This document shows, in pieces, positions 29,871-44,420 of a stretch of 64,000 nt of DNA. The stretch spans positions 13,392,001 through 13,456,000 of the forward strand of contig CM022669.1 in NCBI GenBank assembly GCA_012295275.1, given 5' to 3'. Numbering within the stretch: the first letter of the stretch is position 1; the number at the start of each line of letters is the position of its first letter. The notes below the pieces were generated by a model, which saw only the letters and a list, made by a program, of their open reading frames with translations, searched no databases and had not been told where the DNA came from. Source of the stretch: Chrysomallon squamiferum. Taxonomy: Eukaryota > Animalia > Mollusca. A program made the position numbers and the translations under genes.

Positions 29871-30480
29871 ACATTTTTTCTGAGGGTTTTTTCTATTATT
29901 TTTTCTGTTTTCACTTTTATTTATTATTATTTTTTTTATTATTGTTGCTGTTTTACTATTTTAATTCTTTTTATAATTCTTTTTGTTGTTTCATTTAAAT
30001 ACTGAAGAAAAAAAATATTCTGTTAAAAAAAAAATGTTTTGCAACATAATTTTTGTTCTTACTTTTGCTATTTTTTATTATTATTTTTTTTATTGTGATT
30101 TATATTTGTTGAAGTTATCCAGTATTTTATGAATCAGCCTTTTTATTGATATGCTTGTAAACGTCATAAGAAGGCTGCATTATAGCTAAAACGCAGAGTT
30201 TAAACTTGGGATACAAACTAATAAAAAGACTTTAGAATCTGAAAAACCGTAAATGGAGGGAAAGAAATAAATGTCTGTGAGGTTCTTGAGAAACCACACA
30301 GCAATCTCGATGAGGTTCATTTTGAATGAAACCTTAGAAAAGCTTTTAAAAATTCACTTTACTTCCTTTTTTTTTAATTTTTTAAATGACACGGTTTATG
30401 GTTCAGCTGACTGTTCTGAACAGCCATATTAAATTAATTTTGTGCTTTTGTCCATCTCACTGTTACTATCTCTCCCTCAT

Positions 30481-31060
<580 letters not shown>

Positions 31061-31482
31061 AAGGACGTAAAGAGAAACAAGTTCTCCTGGAACACAGTTT
31101 AGTTATTGGCTTAAATAACTTATTTATTTTTCTTTCTCTTTAACTTTCGACAAGTAAATTATTTTTAACACCACTTTACACTTAGCTTCAATTTCGGGTT
31201 TGAGTTTTGTTGATTTGTTTGTTTCTTTCTTTCTTTCTTTTTTTGCCAGAAAATGAAATGTGGTAACAAATATAACTTATTCTTTCGGCGAAGTATTGCT
31301 GTCAGACAGATAAGTCGATACATGACAGTTTTAGCAGTTATGTATCGGTTTTCTACAACGATTTGCTTCGATTCGACTGTTATCCCCCACTGACAAAGTT
31401 GTTTGAAATCGTTTTATAACTGCTGGAGCGGGGAGAGAGACAGAGAAAGAGATCCTACTCTCCGAAAACTACGTTTAATTCA

Positions 31483-31516
<34 letters not shown>

Positions 31517-32035
31517 GTCTTCTGGTTCTGAGTTTTTTGGTTCAGTGACCCCCAGGTTAAGTCCCCCGAACTCTTCAGAAATAATCAAATCAAATCTATA
31601 TAACAATTTACCAGCGACATGAAAACAACTCAGCCACTTTTAGAAGAGAAACTGGTGGTTTTTTTTATATGGTTGAATAATCGTCTTTGGTGCTAAGGTG
31701 ACCGGTTCGGAAAATAGATAATTCAAGAAGCGTTTCGTTAAATTATTTACCAGATCTTAGAGTGACAAAAAGTTAATGCATTTCGGCCTAGACACCTACA
31801 TTAACTAATGTTTATAAATCAGATAGTTTCGCAGAAGTCAGAAAGAGCAAATGGCCCATGCGTTCATCTGAGAAAACATTAATCATCCAAACGTCGTTAA
31901 TCCATCATTTCTATATAATAGTCACAGCGGTTCAGAACACAGAATAACTACATTTGTGCCTGCTTCACCTTTTACTATTCATGAACAAATCATTTACAAA
32001 ACATTCACTTTCACTCATTCTGTCTCTCTAACTCC

Positions 32036-32119
<84 letters not shown>

Positions 32120-32407
32120 TCTCCCTCTCTCATACACAGATACGCACAGACACCAACAAGCATTCACACAAATAAATACATGAAGGCTCGAACTCGTAAA
32201 CAACTATATGTTAACGTTTATGCACGTACATTCATACGCACACATAACATAGAGTGAAGTTTCGTTATTTTAGTTATAATTTTCAAATTTATAGTTCGTA
32301 ACCAAACAGAAACAAATCCCAGTAAATGTTCTCTATTTTTGTCTTTGCACATATCATTTCTTTTATCAGTGAACCTACTAATACATGGAGAAAAAACAAC
32401 AATAGAA

Positions 32408-32462
<55 letters not shown>

Positions 32463-32669
32463 ATAAATAAACAGCAATAACAAATAAAAATATAGAAAAT
32501 CCCGAAAACCAGTTTTGATTTCCAAGTTAATGGAACCGACTAAAAAAAAAAAAAGAAAATTTAAAATTTATAAATATCATTAGGTCAGTTTATAACGCCA
32601 AAACGAACTGAACTTTTCTCTAATTACTTACCGTTTTATCTGGGGATTACTAGCATCTAATTCTACTCT

Positions 32670-33575
32670 TTCCCTTGACATCGATTCCGTCATAATGAAG
32701 AGCGAGATTTAATTATGCTCTACCTTTGTTCTATAAATGAAAGTGAAGAAACTAAACTGAAGAAATTAAGAAAAAAAGTATCATAAAGTATCATTTTAGC
32801 ATTATGTATTGAAAAACAAAAAAACAAGTAAATTAATTTAAAATATCTTCGTGCAAATGGTTATTAGATTTCTGACAAAGTCGTCATCTTGATCTTTATA
32901 TTCTTACATATGTGGAACTTATATTAATAAACTCACTGAATGGGAAAAATATACCTTAAGCTATGAAAATAGGTCAATGAAAGATTAAACCAGTTAATTA
33001 TTTATTTGTAAAAGCTCAACATTATGTTTTATATCCACATGTATTTGTATCGCTTCAGAATAATCTGTTATCAATACTTCTCCCTAATGTGGTGTAGCCT
33101 TTAAGGCTGTGAAGAATTAGAAGGAAAAGGAATTGGAAGATCTACAGATAATATCTATCATTTCAACCGCGACATCACCTAGTCAAATACAATAACACTA
33201 AAGCTTGTATGAAATACGATAGAAAGAAATGAATTTCAGTATTTCACCATACTACCATGATACTGTCTCCATAGTAAGGCTGAAACAAATGTTCAAAAAA
33301 AAAAAAAAAAAAAAAAAACGATCTGGAATTTTTTGGTCCATTCATTTTTGTTCTACGTTCTTCTGTTACGACTATAACATCAGCTAGTGACATACAACAA
33401 AGCCAATACATCTGTGTAGTAATAATAACAAATTAAAAAAACCCGTGTGGTCCGGAAACATGTTCACGAGTGTAAAACATGCAACTTATAGCAAAAATAT
33501 CAACTGTGGACTGTTTAAGAAATATCTGCTCACAGACGTTTTTACTGGCGTTCACTTTGCAGTTATGCAAATTAA
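32670..33575 (+). mobile_element. Degenerate RTE-clade LINE, 3' ~0.9 kb of ORF2
   Basis: LCIEKQKNK, ANGY*ISDKV, LTYVE, KIGQ*K, ICKSS, NNLLSILL, DIT*SNTIT..V*, LEFFGP and SAHRRFYWRSLC (33525-33560) appear in RTE order; stops fall at expected Trp codons. Confidence 0.65.
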
Positions 33576-34493
33576 GGCACTTCCGTTGGTTAGATTTTTG
33601 TCCGGACTTGGAGTGACCTCCCCTACACCGGAAGCAGTCATACAACATTTCTATTGCGGTTTGTTTTAGGTTAAGCTATTGTTGGCCTCTTTCTACTGAA
33701 GTAACTTCTAATCCTAGTTTTATGGTGTGTTAAGACAAAAAGAACTGAACAATGAGATGGTATTTATGAAAGAAAGTACATTTTTTGTCATCACTTCATC
33801 TCGTTCATCCATCCAAACTATAGCATCACTGATCTATACGACGGAAGGAAGGAACAAAAAAAAAATAAAATAAAAAAATAATAAATAATATAAATAAATA
33901 AATAAATAAGGAACGAACGAAAGAGAGAAAGAAAGGTGAAAAAATAAAATGAATTAGAAATCTATAAAATCATCTATCAAACCATTCGTTCATCTCTTTG
34001 CAATATCGTTCAACACCTCTGTCAAAATCAGTGACTGCAACGAAAAACACAATTATGAAAAAAAAACCTATCCATTAATTCATATATATATATATACTGA
34101 AAAAATAAAATAAAGAAAAATAGGTGTAATGTCTGGATATTTGTCCATTTCATCATACGTCTGGGCCAATCTATCAGCTGTATCGTGATCAAATTAATAA
34201 TACTTGTAAAAAAAAGTTTAAATCATGTTTTACATCCCGATAAAGATTTTTAATCAGAACTAGAGAACAAAATAATGAAAAGACACTGATTCTGTGGACA
34301 TTTCTGTACTAATTAAACAAGTAAGACATTTAAATATTCGTATGAATTATGAAGACTAAATAATATTAAACAACATTTGCTTCAGCCGAGTACAGTGTAC
34401 ACACGCTAATCTCTTTCTAATTGTTATTAACAAATACTAAGATTACCAGCGAAAATCATCTTAGTTATAAACTACATTTTAATTGTCTGAAGT

Positions 34494-34800
34494 TGGCGAT
34501 TACTGGATCAGTGGTTAGTGTAATCGAGCGGGGCTCCCGTGATGCGGGATCAGTCCTTCTAGGGAAACCTTTCCCTTTCCAACCACTACTCCATGACTAA
34601 TTAAAAAAAAAAAAAGTTCTATTCTATTATATTATATATAATATTTCCCATCTGCGGGAAGGTGCATATAACATATCTCTTGCCGCTAATCGAAACAGAT
34701 TACTCAGTCGCGTGGACGTGCGGGTTCGTATCTCACATTATGCACGATCCTTAATCATATCTACGATAGCTATAGATTAAAACGTCTGTAAATGAATTCT
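34494..34800 (+). mobile_element. tRNA-headed SINE family B with a Meta-domain-like core
   Basis: A-box-like TGGATCAGTGGT (34504), B-box-like GGGATCAGTCC; core ttccaaccactactccatgact...tctgcgggaaggtgcatataacatatctcttgccgctaatcg resembles the gastropod MetaSINE core as I recall it. Confidence 0.65.
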
Positions 34801-35126
34801 TCTATTTAATAGCTTATAGAACAGCACTGAAACGGTGTGAATAAAGATAACGATCTCTCACCAAAAGAACAGATAGCTGATAAAGTACGTACATCTGACT
34901 AAAATGGGACGAAATACATACACATTGGAACAAAGATTAAAGGCAAAGAATAATGCTCATATGATGTCAATAACATGTCAACGCCCAGTTAGACGTGCAC
35001 TGATTTGTGCAAAGACGAGGCTAATGACAGTAATGAAATGGCTTGTAACGAGATAAAACGATTCCCCAGGGAAATCTGCCCTTTTTGTCGAACGATGAAA
35101 ACATGATTATGATTTGCTCGCCTTTA

Positions 35127-35298
<172 letters not shown>

Positions 35299-35716
35299 GC
35301 GCGTTGTTTAAAAGCAAATTCTTCACAAGTTCCGTTTCGTTTGAACAATAGAAAAACAGAGATACCTCTTGAAAAAAAGAAAAAAAAAGAAAACACCCAA
35401 AAAACCACACGGGCTTCTGTAACATCATTCTTGTCGACGAAACGCTGGAGAATGATCGCTTAACGACATCTCGACACATTGTTTAATCATAATAAACAGA
35501 TATTACAGCTGTCAGGTGAGCTGCTAAGTAGAAACATTTCGCCGATTGCCTTCTCTCGCGTTCCTCCGGTCCGATTAACCCTCGAAGCAGTGTCGTAAGC
35601 TTAAACACTGCTTTAACTCGCTCAAATGATGAAAACAAAACGCAGCGAGGTCAGCCTAAGAGAATGCGATGAGCTTTTATTTCAGAGCCACAGAGAATCC
35701 AGTTAACAAGTTAATC

Positions 35717-35791
35717 TGATGCATGTCAGTTCAGTTGATGTATGTCAGTTCAAATGATATATGTCGGTTCAATTGATGCATGTCAGTTCAA
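35717..35791. repeat. 19-bp tandem repeat x4 (tgatgcatgtcagttcagt)
   Basis: Units start at 35717, 35736, 35755 and 35774. Confidence 0.9.
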
Positions 35792-35844
35792 GAAATAACA
35801 TCAGTTTCCCACGAAGATATAAGGTTAATATATTTGGACGTCAG

Positions 35845-36074
35845 CATGCATACACATATATATATACCTACGTACGTACGAACATACATTCATACGTACA
35901 TACAATCATAAAAATACGTACATACCCACAAACGTACATACACACATACATACATCCATACATACATACATATATACATACATACATATACATACATACA
36001 TATACATACATACATACATATACATACATACATACATATACATACATACATATACATACATACATACATACATA

Positions 36075-36106
<32 letters not shown>

Positions 36107-36214
36107 CATATATATATATATACATACATACATATACATACATACATATACATACATACATACATATACATACATACATACATATACATATATACATACA
36201 TACATACATATATA
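35845..36214. repeat. (CATA)n/(CATATA)n array
   Basis: Read directly. Confidence 0.95.
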
Positions 36215-36480
36215 CGGCGTGCTTTGTGGGAAGCGATGATTACTTTCTGTTATTGAGCAAACTTGTCAAAAGATTGTTTTGATGGACGAACGGTAACGTC
36301 TTCCGCTTTTCGAAATACGGGCGGAATGCCATACGTTCGAGTCTCGTCAGTGTCATCTGACGGGTTTGTGAGGTCGTGATTGGACTTTGTCCTCCTGCGC
36401 CAGTGTGTTACCGAATATTGTCTATGTGCAGAGTCTATTCAGACGTAAATAATTCAGAGAATATTCAAATCCTAAAACAC
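36215..36480 (+). mobile_element. tRNA-derived SINE family A, full-length copy
   Basis: gatggacgaacggtaacgtc..gccatacgttcgagtctcg..gggtttgtgaggtcgtgattgg..gaatattcaaatcctaaaacac; bridges the copies at 20.3-20.6 kb and 22.4 kb. Confidence 0.85.
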
Positions 36481-37049
36481 CCAAAGCCATTATGTGACTT
36501 TATTTTTGAAATTCTTTTTTCTTTTTCTTTTTCTTTTCACATTTAAATAAAGAAATAATTTTGCGATACAACAACTAACTCACTCTGTGACATTTACAAA
36601 CCAAAAAAAACGTAATCTTCCGAAAATGAAACTTAATGACAATACTCTTTTCTTTAATTGTAATTTTTATTTAAATCTATTGTCGAGAGACACCGCGATG
36701 ATGAAGTGCTATTGTCTCAAAGCCATTTGACATCGCAGTTTGGCCTTTTCAAAAATTCATCACGGCATAAAATACTTCAGCTATGATTCCTACTAACACA
36801 CCTACTCACTCTTTTACTGGCGCTGTCGCTCACTCACATGCTCACTTACTCACACTCGTTTATTTAAAAGTATTCACAGAAACAAGTAACATCTTTATAT
36901 TAATGTCCAGGAATTTTGTACATCAGTGACATAAATAACTTCAGTAATTTTTCTTTATTTAAAATAAATATGTGCATTTAGGAATTTTTTTTTTTGTTGT
37001 CTTATATACTCCTAATTAGACTCTTAACGTAGACAACATTCTAAAACGC

Positions 37050-37625
37050 ACTAACTTATGAGGCCAAGATCGAAACATCACTCACAAATGTCCGTATATT
37101 TTATGTACGTATGTCTTGCTGTCTAGAAAAGATTGAAACTTTCTTTCAATGTCGTACATCACGGAGAATACACTGCGTTAGTGAGAAAAAAAAAAAAACC
37201 CCAAACCCCCACATTAAATCTTCTTTCTGCCTTACGTTACACCCAACACAACCTATATTTTATATTCATCAAGTCTTCTTTGTTATGTTTGTCAATCCTT
37301 CTGACAAATAATTACAGCCTTCAGAAAGTGAAGATTTCCGAATCGGTGCCACCAAGGAGTTAAATAACCAAATACGCCTTACATAAAGCCATTCAGCTGG
37401 AGGACAGATTTGACAGATACAACAACAAGACTTTTGCCTCATTACATCAGGTTAATCAGCTGTGGTTTAATGGGTGCATCTAGTAAGAAATACGACTTAA
37501 CTGTGAATAGCGAGGAAAAGACGAACTCGTTTGAACTTTTTGTTATCGGTTGGTATCTGTCAATGCTTTTGTTACTGACAAAGGGGAAAATTACGGTGAA
37601 ATTCAGATTTGCTGAAGTGTGAGAA
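37050..37625 (+). mobile_element. Degenerate RTE-clade LINE ORF2 relic
   Basis: ORFs 37133-37363 and 37410-37622: GEYTALV (ADDTALI), TNNYSLQKV, KELNNQIRL, TTRLL, and YDLTVNSEEKTNSFEL..YLSML..KIT..EV, resembling WTLT..EKKINSFEM..YRRML..KITN.EV. Confidence 0.7.
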
Positions 37626-37655
37626 TATATTTTAGTGAAATCAAGTAATTGAAAG

Positions 37656-37766
<111 letters not shown>

Positions 37767-37958
37767 ATTTCATGTATAGCATCAATATAATTAAATAAAA
37801 GTAAGGAAATAATCTATTGACCGCATCAACCTGTTTATTGATAAGTTTTTCGTTTCATTAAATTTGTTTTTGTAGGATACTTTTGATTTCTTGTTAATTA
37901 AGGAACTAGGTGCAAAACTGAAATTCTTCAGTATACCTTGATTTACTAGAATGAAATC

Positions 37959-38133
37959 GTATTCGAGTTACAAACAAATGTAAATCACAGTTATGGATTT
38001 AAAATACGTAACAAAGAAGACGATGAATGTATAAGATATAGATTGTGTTGGAATGTAATATAAGAGAGAAAGACGTTTTAATGGTATTCGAGTTATAAAC
38101 AAATGTAAAATAATGTTATGGATTTAAAATACT
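37959..38133. repeat. ~50-bp direct repeat at 125-bp offset
   Basis: gtattcgagtta(c/t)aaacaaatgtaaa...gttatggatttaaaatac at 37959 and 38084. Confidence 0.85.
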
Positions 38134-38833
38134 ACTACTACTACTACTACTGCTGCTGCTGCTACTACTACTACTACTACTGATGATGATGATAATAATA
38201 ATAATAATAATAATAACAACAACAACAACAATAAAAACAACAGCAGTATTAATAATAACAACAACAATATTACTACTACTACTGCTAGTAATAATAAATG
38301 AAAACGCAAATTAGTGCGTTGTTTTAAAAAAAAAAAATATATATATATATTTATATATATTGTGGACGTAAACGGGTTTGACGATTTCAGTGTATATTAC
38401 TTTGTTTAGATAAATAAAAAATAAAAAAATATTCCTGGTTTATTATAAATGAAATATGATGACAATGTATTTTTTTTTTTTTTTTTAAAAATTTTAAATT
38501 TATTATTATTATTACTATTATTATTTTTTTTTTTTTCTTTCTATAATTTATAATTAATTTTTTCCCCCCATTAACACGGTATCACGGAAACAAAATAGTC
38601 TTATTAATAATAAATTTGAAATACGCGCATGTAAAGTTAATTGGATTACCTAGACTACGATGAGATCAAGAGAAAACCACTTTTTAAAAAGATAATCAAA
38701 ATATATCATAGTACGGTGAAAGAAAACCCAGTTTGTTCAGAAAACATCATTCATGTTTTTAAACTATAAATCTAATACGTAAAGACAAATAGACAAGACG
38801 AGGACATGAAAGGAAAAGAAATATAATTTTTTT

Positions 38834-38905
<72 letters not shown>

Positions 38906-39644
38906 ATACAATACAATACAATACAATACAATAATAAAATAAAACATAATCGTAATAAAATAAAATAGAATTATATGTTACTTAAGCATAATATAATTAT
39001 GTTAAAGCACATTAGAAAAAATTCAGATTCTAATTCTATCTATCTCTCTATCCCTATATATCCCCCATCTACCTGTGTGTATGTGTGTGTGTGTATGTCT
39101 GTGTGTGCTAACATACAACTTCTGCAGTTTTTCGAGAGCTGTGACAAGTTTAATTACTTTTAATACTGCAGGCCCTAAAACACGAAAAGGCTAATAATTC
39201 TGTCGCATGATAAATAAAGATAGGATCGACAACTGTGTCGCTTGATAAAAACAAGAAGGGGCAACAACTTTACAGCATGATAAATAAAGTGTCATTATTG
39301 CTACGAATGGTTGGCTGAGAAAAATCATAGAACGTGTTCAGACCTGACAGCTATTTCAGGTTCATGTTAATATGAATCGTAAGCCGTACATAATGAACGG
39401 AGTAGTTCTTAGACTAAACATTTGGCCAAAATATTCTCATAAACCATTTTTTGTTTTGTTTTGTATGTGTGTTTTATGTTATGTTTTTTTTTATTTTGAA
39501 TGGCTCGCAAACTGTGTCTTGTGCGATCTCTGTTACATTGCACTGTATATTTCTGATAACCGCTGACATGAAATGGGAAGAATTTCTTCTTTGATATCAT
39601 TCATGAAAGAAATGAAATTCCTCTGAGATCATACACTTTCCTTT

Positions 39645-39729
<85 letters not shown>

Positions 39730-40083
39730 TTTGTTTTTCAATTATTCTCCTTCTTTTGAAAACAGTCATTAAAACGTGTTGGTGTTTTGTTTCTATAACC
39801 AAAAAACCATAGTGATTCTGTATCACATCATTAATCTTTAAATTACAGTGTTTGGTCTAGAAGATGTATCCAAATGGAAGTCTAAAATTTTGATGGTTCT
39901 CTTTATTTGAAAACAGACGATCGTCGTCTCCTTTCTAAAACAGAACGAAGAGGGAATTCCTTGGGGTATACGTTTGTTTACGTAATTTATGAATGCGGAT
40001 GAAGTTATAAACTAATAATAGCGCTAAATCGATCACTGATGAGAGCATAGACTTGCTATTTTCGAAGTCACGTGATGCACGTT

Positions 40084-40172
<89 letters not shown>

Positions 40173-40490
40173 AGATAGGCAGACAAACATACAATGTACG
40201 AAGTGATTGACAGACAGACAGATATATGTAAAATAATGTTTTTTACAATTTCATTTACTTTATGCTCATAATGAAACATTAAGCGATCAAACTTTTTAAT
40301 ATGTCTGTCCTACAGAATACCGAGAAACTAAATCGTTTGCTTGAAAGAATCGTAAATATACATACAGATAATATTATTTTTATAACGTGAAGAAGTGTTT
40401 ATATAACACACACCCACAAACATACACACATATACATATGTGTATGTGTGTGTGTGAGTATGTCTATGTATGTATATATATATATATATA

Positions 40491-40703
40491 CAGGGTGTCC
40501 CAGAAGTCGCGCACCATATACATGCATATATTTTATTTATTTTATATTACAGAGTAAAAAACAGTTTTATAAAGAGAATTGAAGTATGTATCAATGCAGA
40601 GGGCAAGCAATTTGAGCATTTGTTATGATTATTATTAATAAAAATGTTATTCATATGTATCAAAATAAAAATCTTCATGGTGCGTGACTTCTGGGACACC
40701 CTG
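40491..40703 (+). mobile_element. Non-autonomous Tc1/mariner element (213-bp internal-deletion derivative/MITE)
   Basis: 27-bp TIRs CAGGGTGTCCCAGAAGTC(G/A)CGCACCAT (40491-40517 and 40677-40703, one mismatch), flanking TA, inserted in a TA/CA microsatellite. Confidence 0.92.
40551..40628 (+). pseudogene. C-terminal remnant of a Tc1/mariner transposase
   Basis: RVKNSFIKRIEVCINAEGKQFEHLL* matches the R..C...G..FEHLL terminus typical of mariner/Tc3-like transposases; AATAAA at 40637-40642. Confidence 0.85.
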
Positions 40704-40770
<67 letters not shown>

Positions 40771-40938
40771 GTACATACATATGATATATACTTTATGTAT
40801 GTATGTATGTATATATATTTTCGTTTACAGCCATAATAAATATCTTCATCTGACATTAAGATAAAAAAAATTAGAAATAATTAATTAACAAATTATTTAA
40901 AACGTCAGAATCGATAACACAAACCTTTTTTTTAAAAC

Positions 40939-41005
<67 letters not shown>

Positions 41006-41439
41006 TTTAATCGTATTGCATTTGTATCAGCTAAGAATGGAGCTAATGAATTTTGTTGAAACTAGCCAGGATGCAATTTTACAATGATATGTGTTTAATA
41101 CAGTACTGAAAATCAATATAATTTTTTTTTTTTTTTGATGACGACATGAAATAAGCCCATCAAAACGTGTTTTATCGACTAAAACATTAATTTTGTTTTA
41201 TTGTTTTGTTTTTGTTTTTGTTTCATGGATTTCATAGGATTATGTTTATAGTTAAGTATATCGAACCCGCTCGAATGTAAATAGTAGTAGCAGTAGTAGT
41301 AGTAGTAGAAGTAGTTGTAATAACAGCAGCAGCTGTAGTAATAGTGGTAGTTGTGGTGGTAGTAGTAGCAGTAGAAGCAGCAACAACAGCTATAGTAATA
41401 ATAACAATAACACCACTACTACCACACAACAACAACAAC

Positions 41440-41482
<43 letters not shown>

Positions 41483-41500
41483 TCAGTAGCAATGATTGAA

Positions 41501-41584
<84 letters not shown>

Positions 41585-42199
41585 ACACACATACATACAT
41601 ACATACACGCATATAAACATTCATTAATACTAAATCATAAAATGTGTTAATAAATTCAGCTGTATGTTGGGAATAATGAGTACAGACATGCACATGTATA
41701 CATAATTCACAGATAATCGCAGAAAAAAGAAAAATTCTGGCTGTCATTAATCTATAATGCTTTTAAAATTTATAGCTTTTTAAGCAGTGTGCTCTAGGCA
41801 GAATTTCACCGAGTAATATTGTTATGGAATAACAGAATTATGCTGAATGACTATAACGATGTATGTTTATGTGTTCGTGGGTGTGTATGTGCGTGTTCGG
41901 GCGTGTTGTGTGTGTATGCCTTTGTTTCTATACACATTCCTGGCCCACAAATTGAACCAATGCGAAAGAATTAAAAACGCAATACCAGAACTTCTCAACC
42001 TACAACTTGATTACAATTTATTAATAATTGCAAACACGGAGAACAGCCCTCTAAGATTACATCATAGAAAATCTTGTAACTAAATTATCATCGCCGCAAC
42101 GGTCATAATGTATAACTACATCTGTAAAGTCAAACATGCTTTTTTCTTTTTAATGTTAATCTTAAAATAAAATTGATTTAGTTTAAACACTGGAACACT

Positions 42200-42520
42200 A
42201 AATCGTCTGTTATTACTCTATAAAAGGAAAGCATCGTAAACTTACCCTTTTCATACGTTTCAATGTGATGACATGGCCATGAACGTACATCAAACACAAT
42301 TACGCAGTTTACGGCGCATTTTTGCCTATCTTTACTCCTTGTCTGTTTCGCCAGTATAATTTTCACTGCAGCTAATATATCAAGGATGCCAATCTTGTCA
42401 AATGGCCACACACTCTGCTTGATAAGGGCAAGATACGCCAGGATGCTTGTTATATTAATTGTAACGCAAAACGAAGAGAAAAAGCTCTGCATGTAAATTT
42501 CTTGTATGTTGAACATTAAA
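42200..42520 (-). mobile_element. Degenerate RTE LINE ORF2 C-terminal relic
   Basis: CGHLTRLASL and KIIL..TRSKDRQK..DVRSWPC resemble FGHVTRHDSL.KTILQG..RRRGRQRK.W.DNVKEWT. Confidence 0.55.
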
Positions 42521-43732
42521 TATCGAGTAGACGCGTATTATGCACTGTCTTTAAAACAGAGTGCAGATTACTTACGCTAAATTATCATGTAATTCACGAT
42601 ACGCCTGTTATCTTCATATTCATTTTGGTGACTTCAAGTATTTAGATTATAAACAAATACATTATTATGTCTTGGTGATATACAGTACAGCTGTAAATAG
42701 CTTACCTTTTTACTGTCTGCGCTGTTTCAGTTTTAAACCTGGTAGTGTTGGCACGCGATTCCATGCACAGTCATTATTGTTATTATGACGTCATTGTATT
42801 ATGACGTAATTTTAAACAGATCCGAAGAACCCGCCTTAATGCTAGCGTAAACGAATTTTATTTTTCAAAACCATTATTTTTATCCGTATATGACTATTTT
42901 ATTTAAGTACAGTAATTATTTATGATTATTTCATTAATCTTTTCCATTAGTTATTCTTCTTTTCTATTTATTGCTTTTCATAATTATTGTTGTTGTTGCT
43001 ACTATTATTTAGCTATTATTAAATTTACATAAATACACGCGATAATATCGTAAATAGAATACAGAGAAAAGCATTAATAAATTTATTTTTTAATAAATAT
43101 TAACGTCTTAATGTAATAAAACATTTATTATCAGTTATACCTTCAAACATAAACAGTCAAATAGAGTTGACAATTGCATTTACGTGTTATCTCACACGCG
43201 AAAGATGCAACAACTAAGCAAAGTTCAGACCCACTGATGTCGAGGTTAATTTTTAGACTTTCAGAAGAAGAAAAAGTCTTTTAAAAGCTGTTTAACAGAA
43301 AAATAAACAAAAATAAACATTTTATTACGAAGGCTGCCAACAGTAGTTTCAGAAATAGAATTATGTATATTAGAGCTAATTTAATAAATGAACTATATTT
43401 ATAGGTGTGTGTGTGTTGTGTGTTTGTGGGTGTGGGTGTGTGTACGTGCGTGTTTTTGTAGAGCAACACAGTCTTGTTTTATATATGCGGTGCACGAATT
43501 TGTTACAAGCGTCAATAAAGATTTATTTGCAGATCTTTTTAATTCAGGCAACCTAATTGCGAGAGTTTATTTGTGTCACGCAGTCAGCTAAGATGAAAGC
43601 AGATGAGAAGAAAACCAGTCTAAAAAGGAGTTGTCCTCAAATGTTTGCTTCTTGTTCTTGAAATAGGAAGTAAAACAAAATAGGCAGGTCACCGTGAAAC
43701 AGTCTAAATATGTTCATGTTTGTGTGAGGCAA

Positions 43733-43965
43733 ACAGACAGACAGAAAGACAGACAGAAAAATCGATAGGTAGATAGATAGCAGATCGAAGAAATAGATAG
43801 GTAGAAAGATAGATAGATAGATACACAGACAGACAGATAGATGGATGGATGGATAGAGAGAGATACATATATATAGGTAGGTAGATAGATATATAGATAA
43901 ATAGATAATTGATAGATAGATACACAGATAGACAGATAGATAGACAGATATAAAGATAGACAGAC

Positions 43966-44003
<38 letters not shown>

Positions 44004-44420
44004 ACAGGTAGATAGATAGGTAGACAGACAGACGGATAGACAGATAGATAGATAAACAGGTAGATAGATAGATAGATAGATATAGATATATAGATAGATA
44101 GATAAACAGACAGACAGATAGACAGACAGATAGACAGATAGATAAACAGGTAGATAGAAAGATAGGTAGACAGACAGACAGATAGGTAGACAGATAGACA
44201 CAGAGACAGACAGACAGACATGCAGGCAGAGAGATAGGGTGGTAGGAGAAATGGGGTAGATCTGTCAGTTCACCAAATGCGAGAGACAGAGAGACACGGG
44301 GACAAATGGAGATAGTTATATACAGAGAGACAGAATGACAGAGAGAGACAGAAACAGAGAGAGGCAGACAAAAAGAGGGAGAATGAGAGTCAGACAGACA
44401 GAGAAATAGATAGAGAGAAA
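43733..44420. repeat. (GATA)n/(GACA)n compound array
   Basis: Read directly. Confidence 0.95.

Noticed and set aside
31570-31800. L1/Tx1-like RT fragment (QIKSI*QFTSD..KVTG..)
   Set aside because: Similarity too weak to distinguish from chance by eye.
35410-35450. miR-981/miR-76-like sequence ttcttgtcgacgaaacgctg
   Set aside because: Seed has a deletion relative to the recalled mature sequence, and there is no full-length hairpin.
40031-40078. Hammerhead-ribozyme-like CTGATGA...GAA
   Set aside because: Lacks GAAA and the NUH cleavage triplet; stems I-III are poorly formed.
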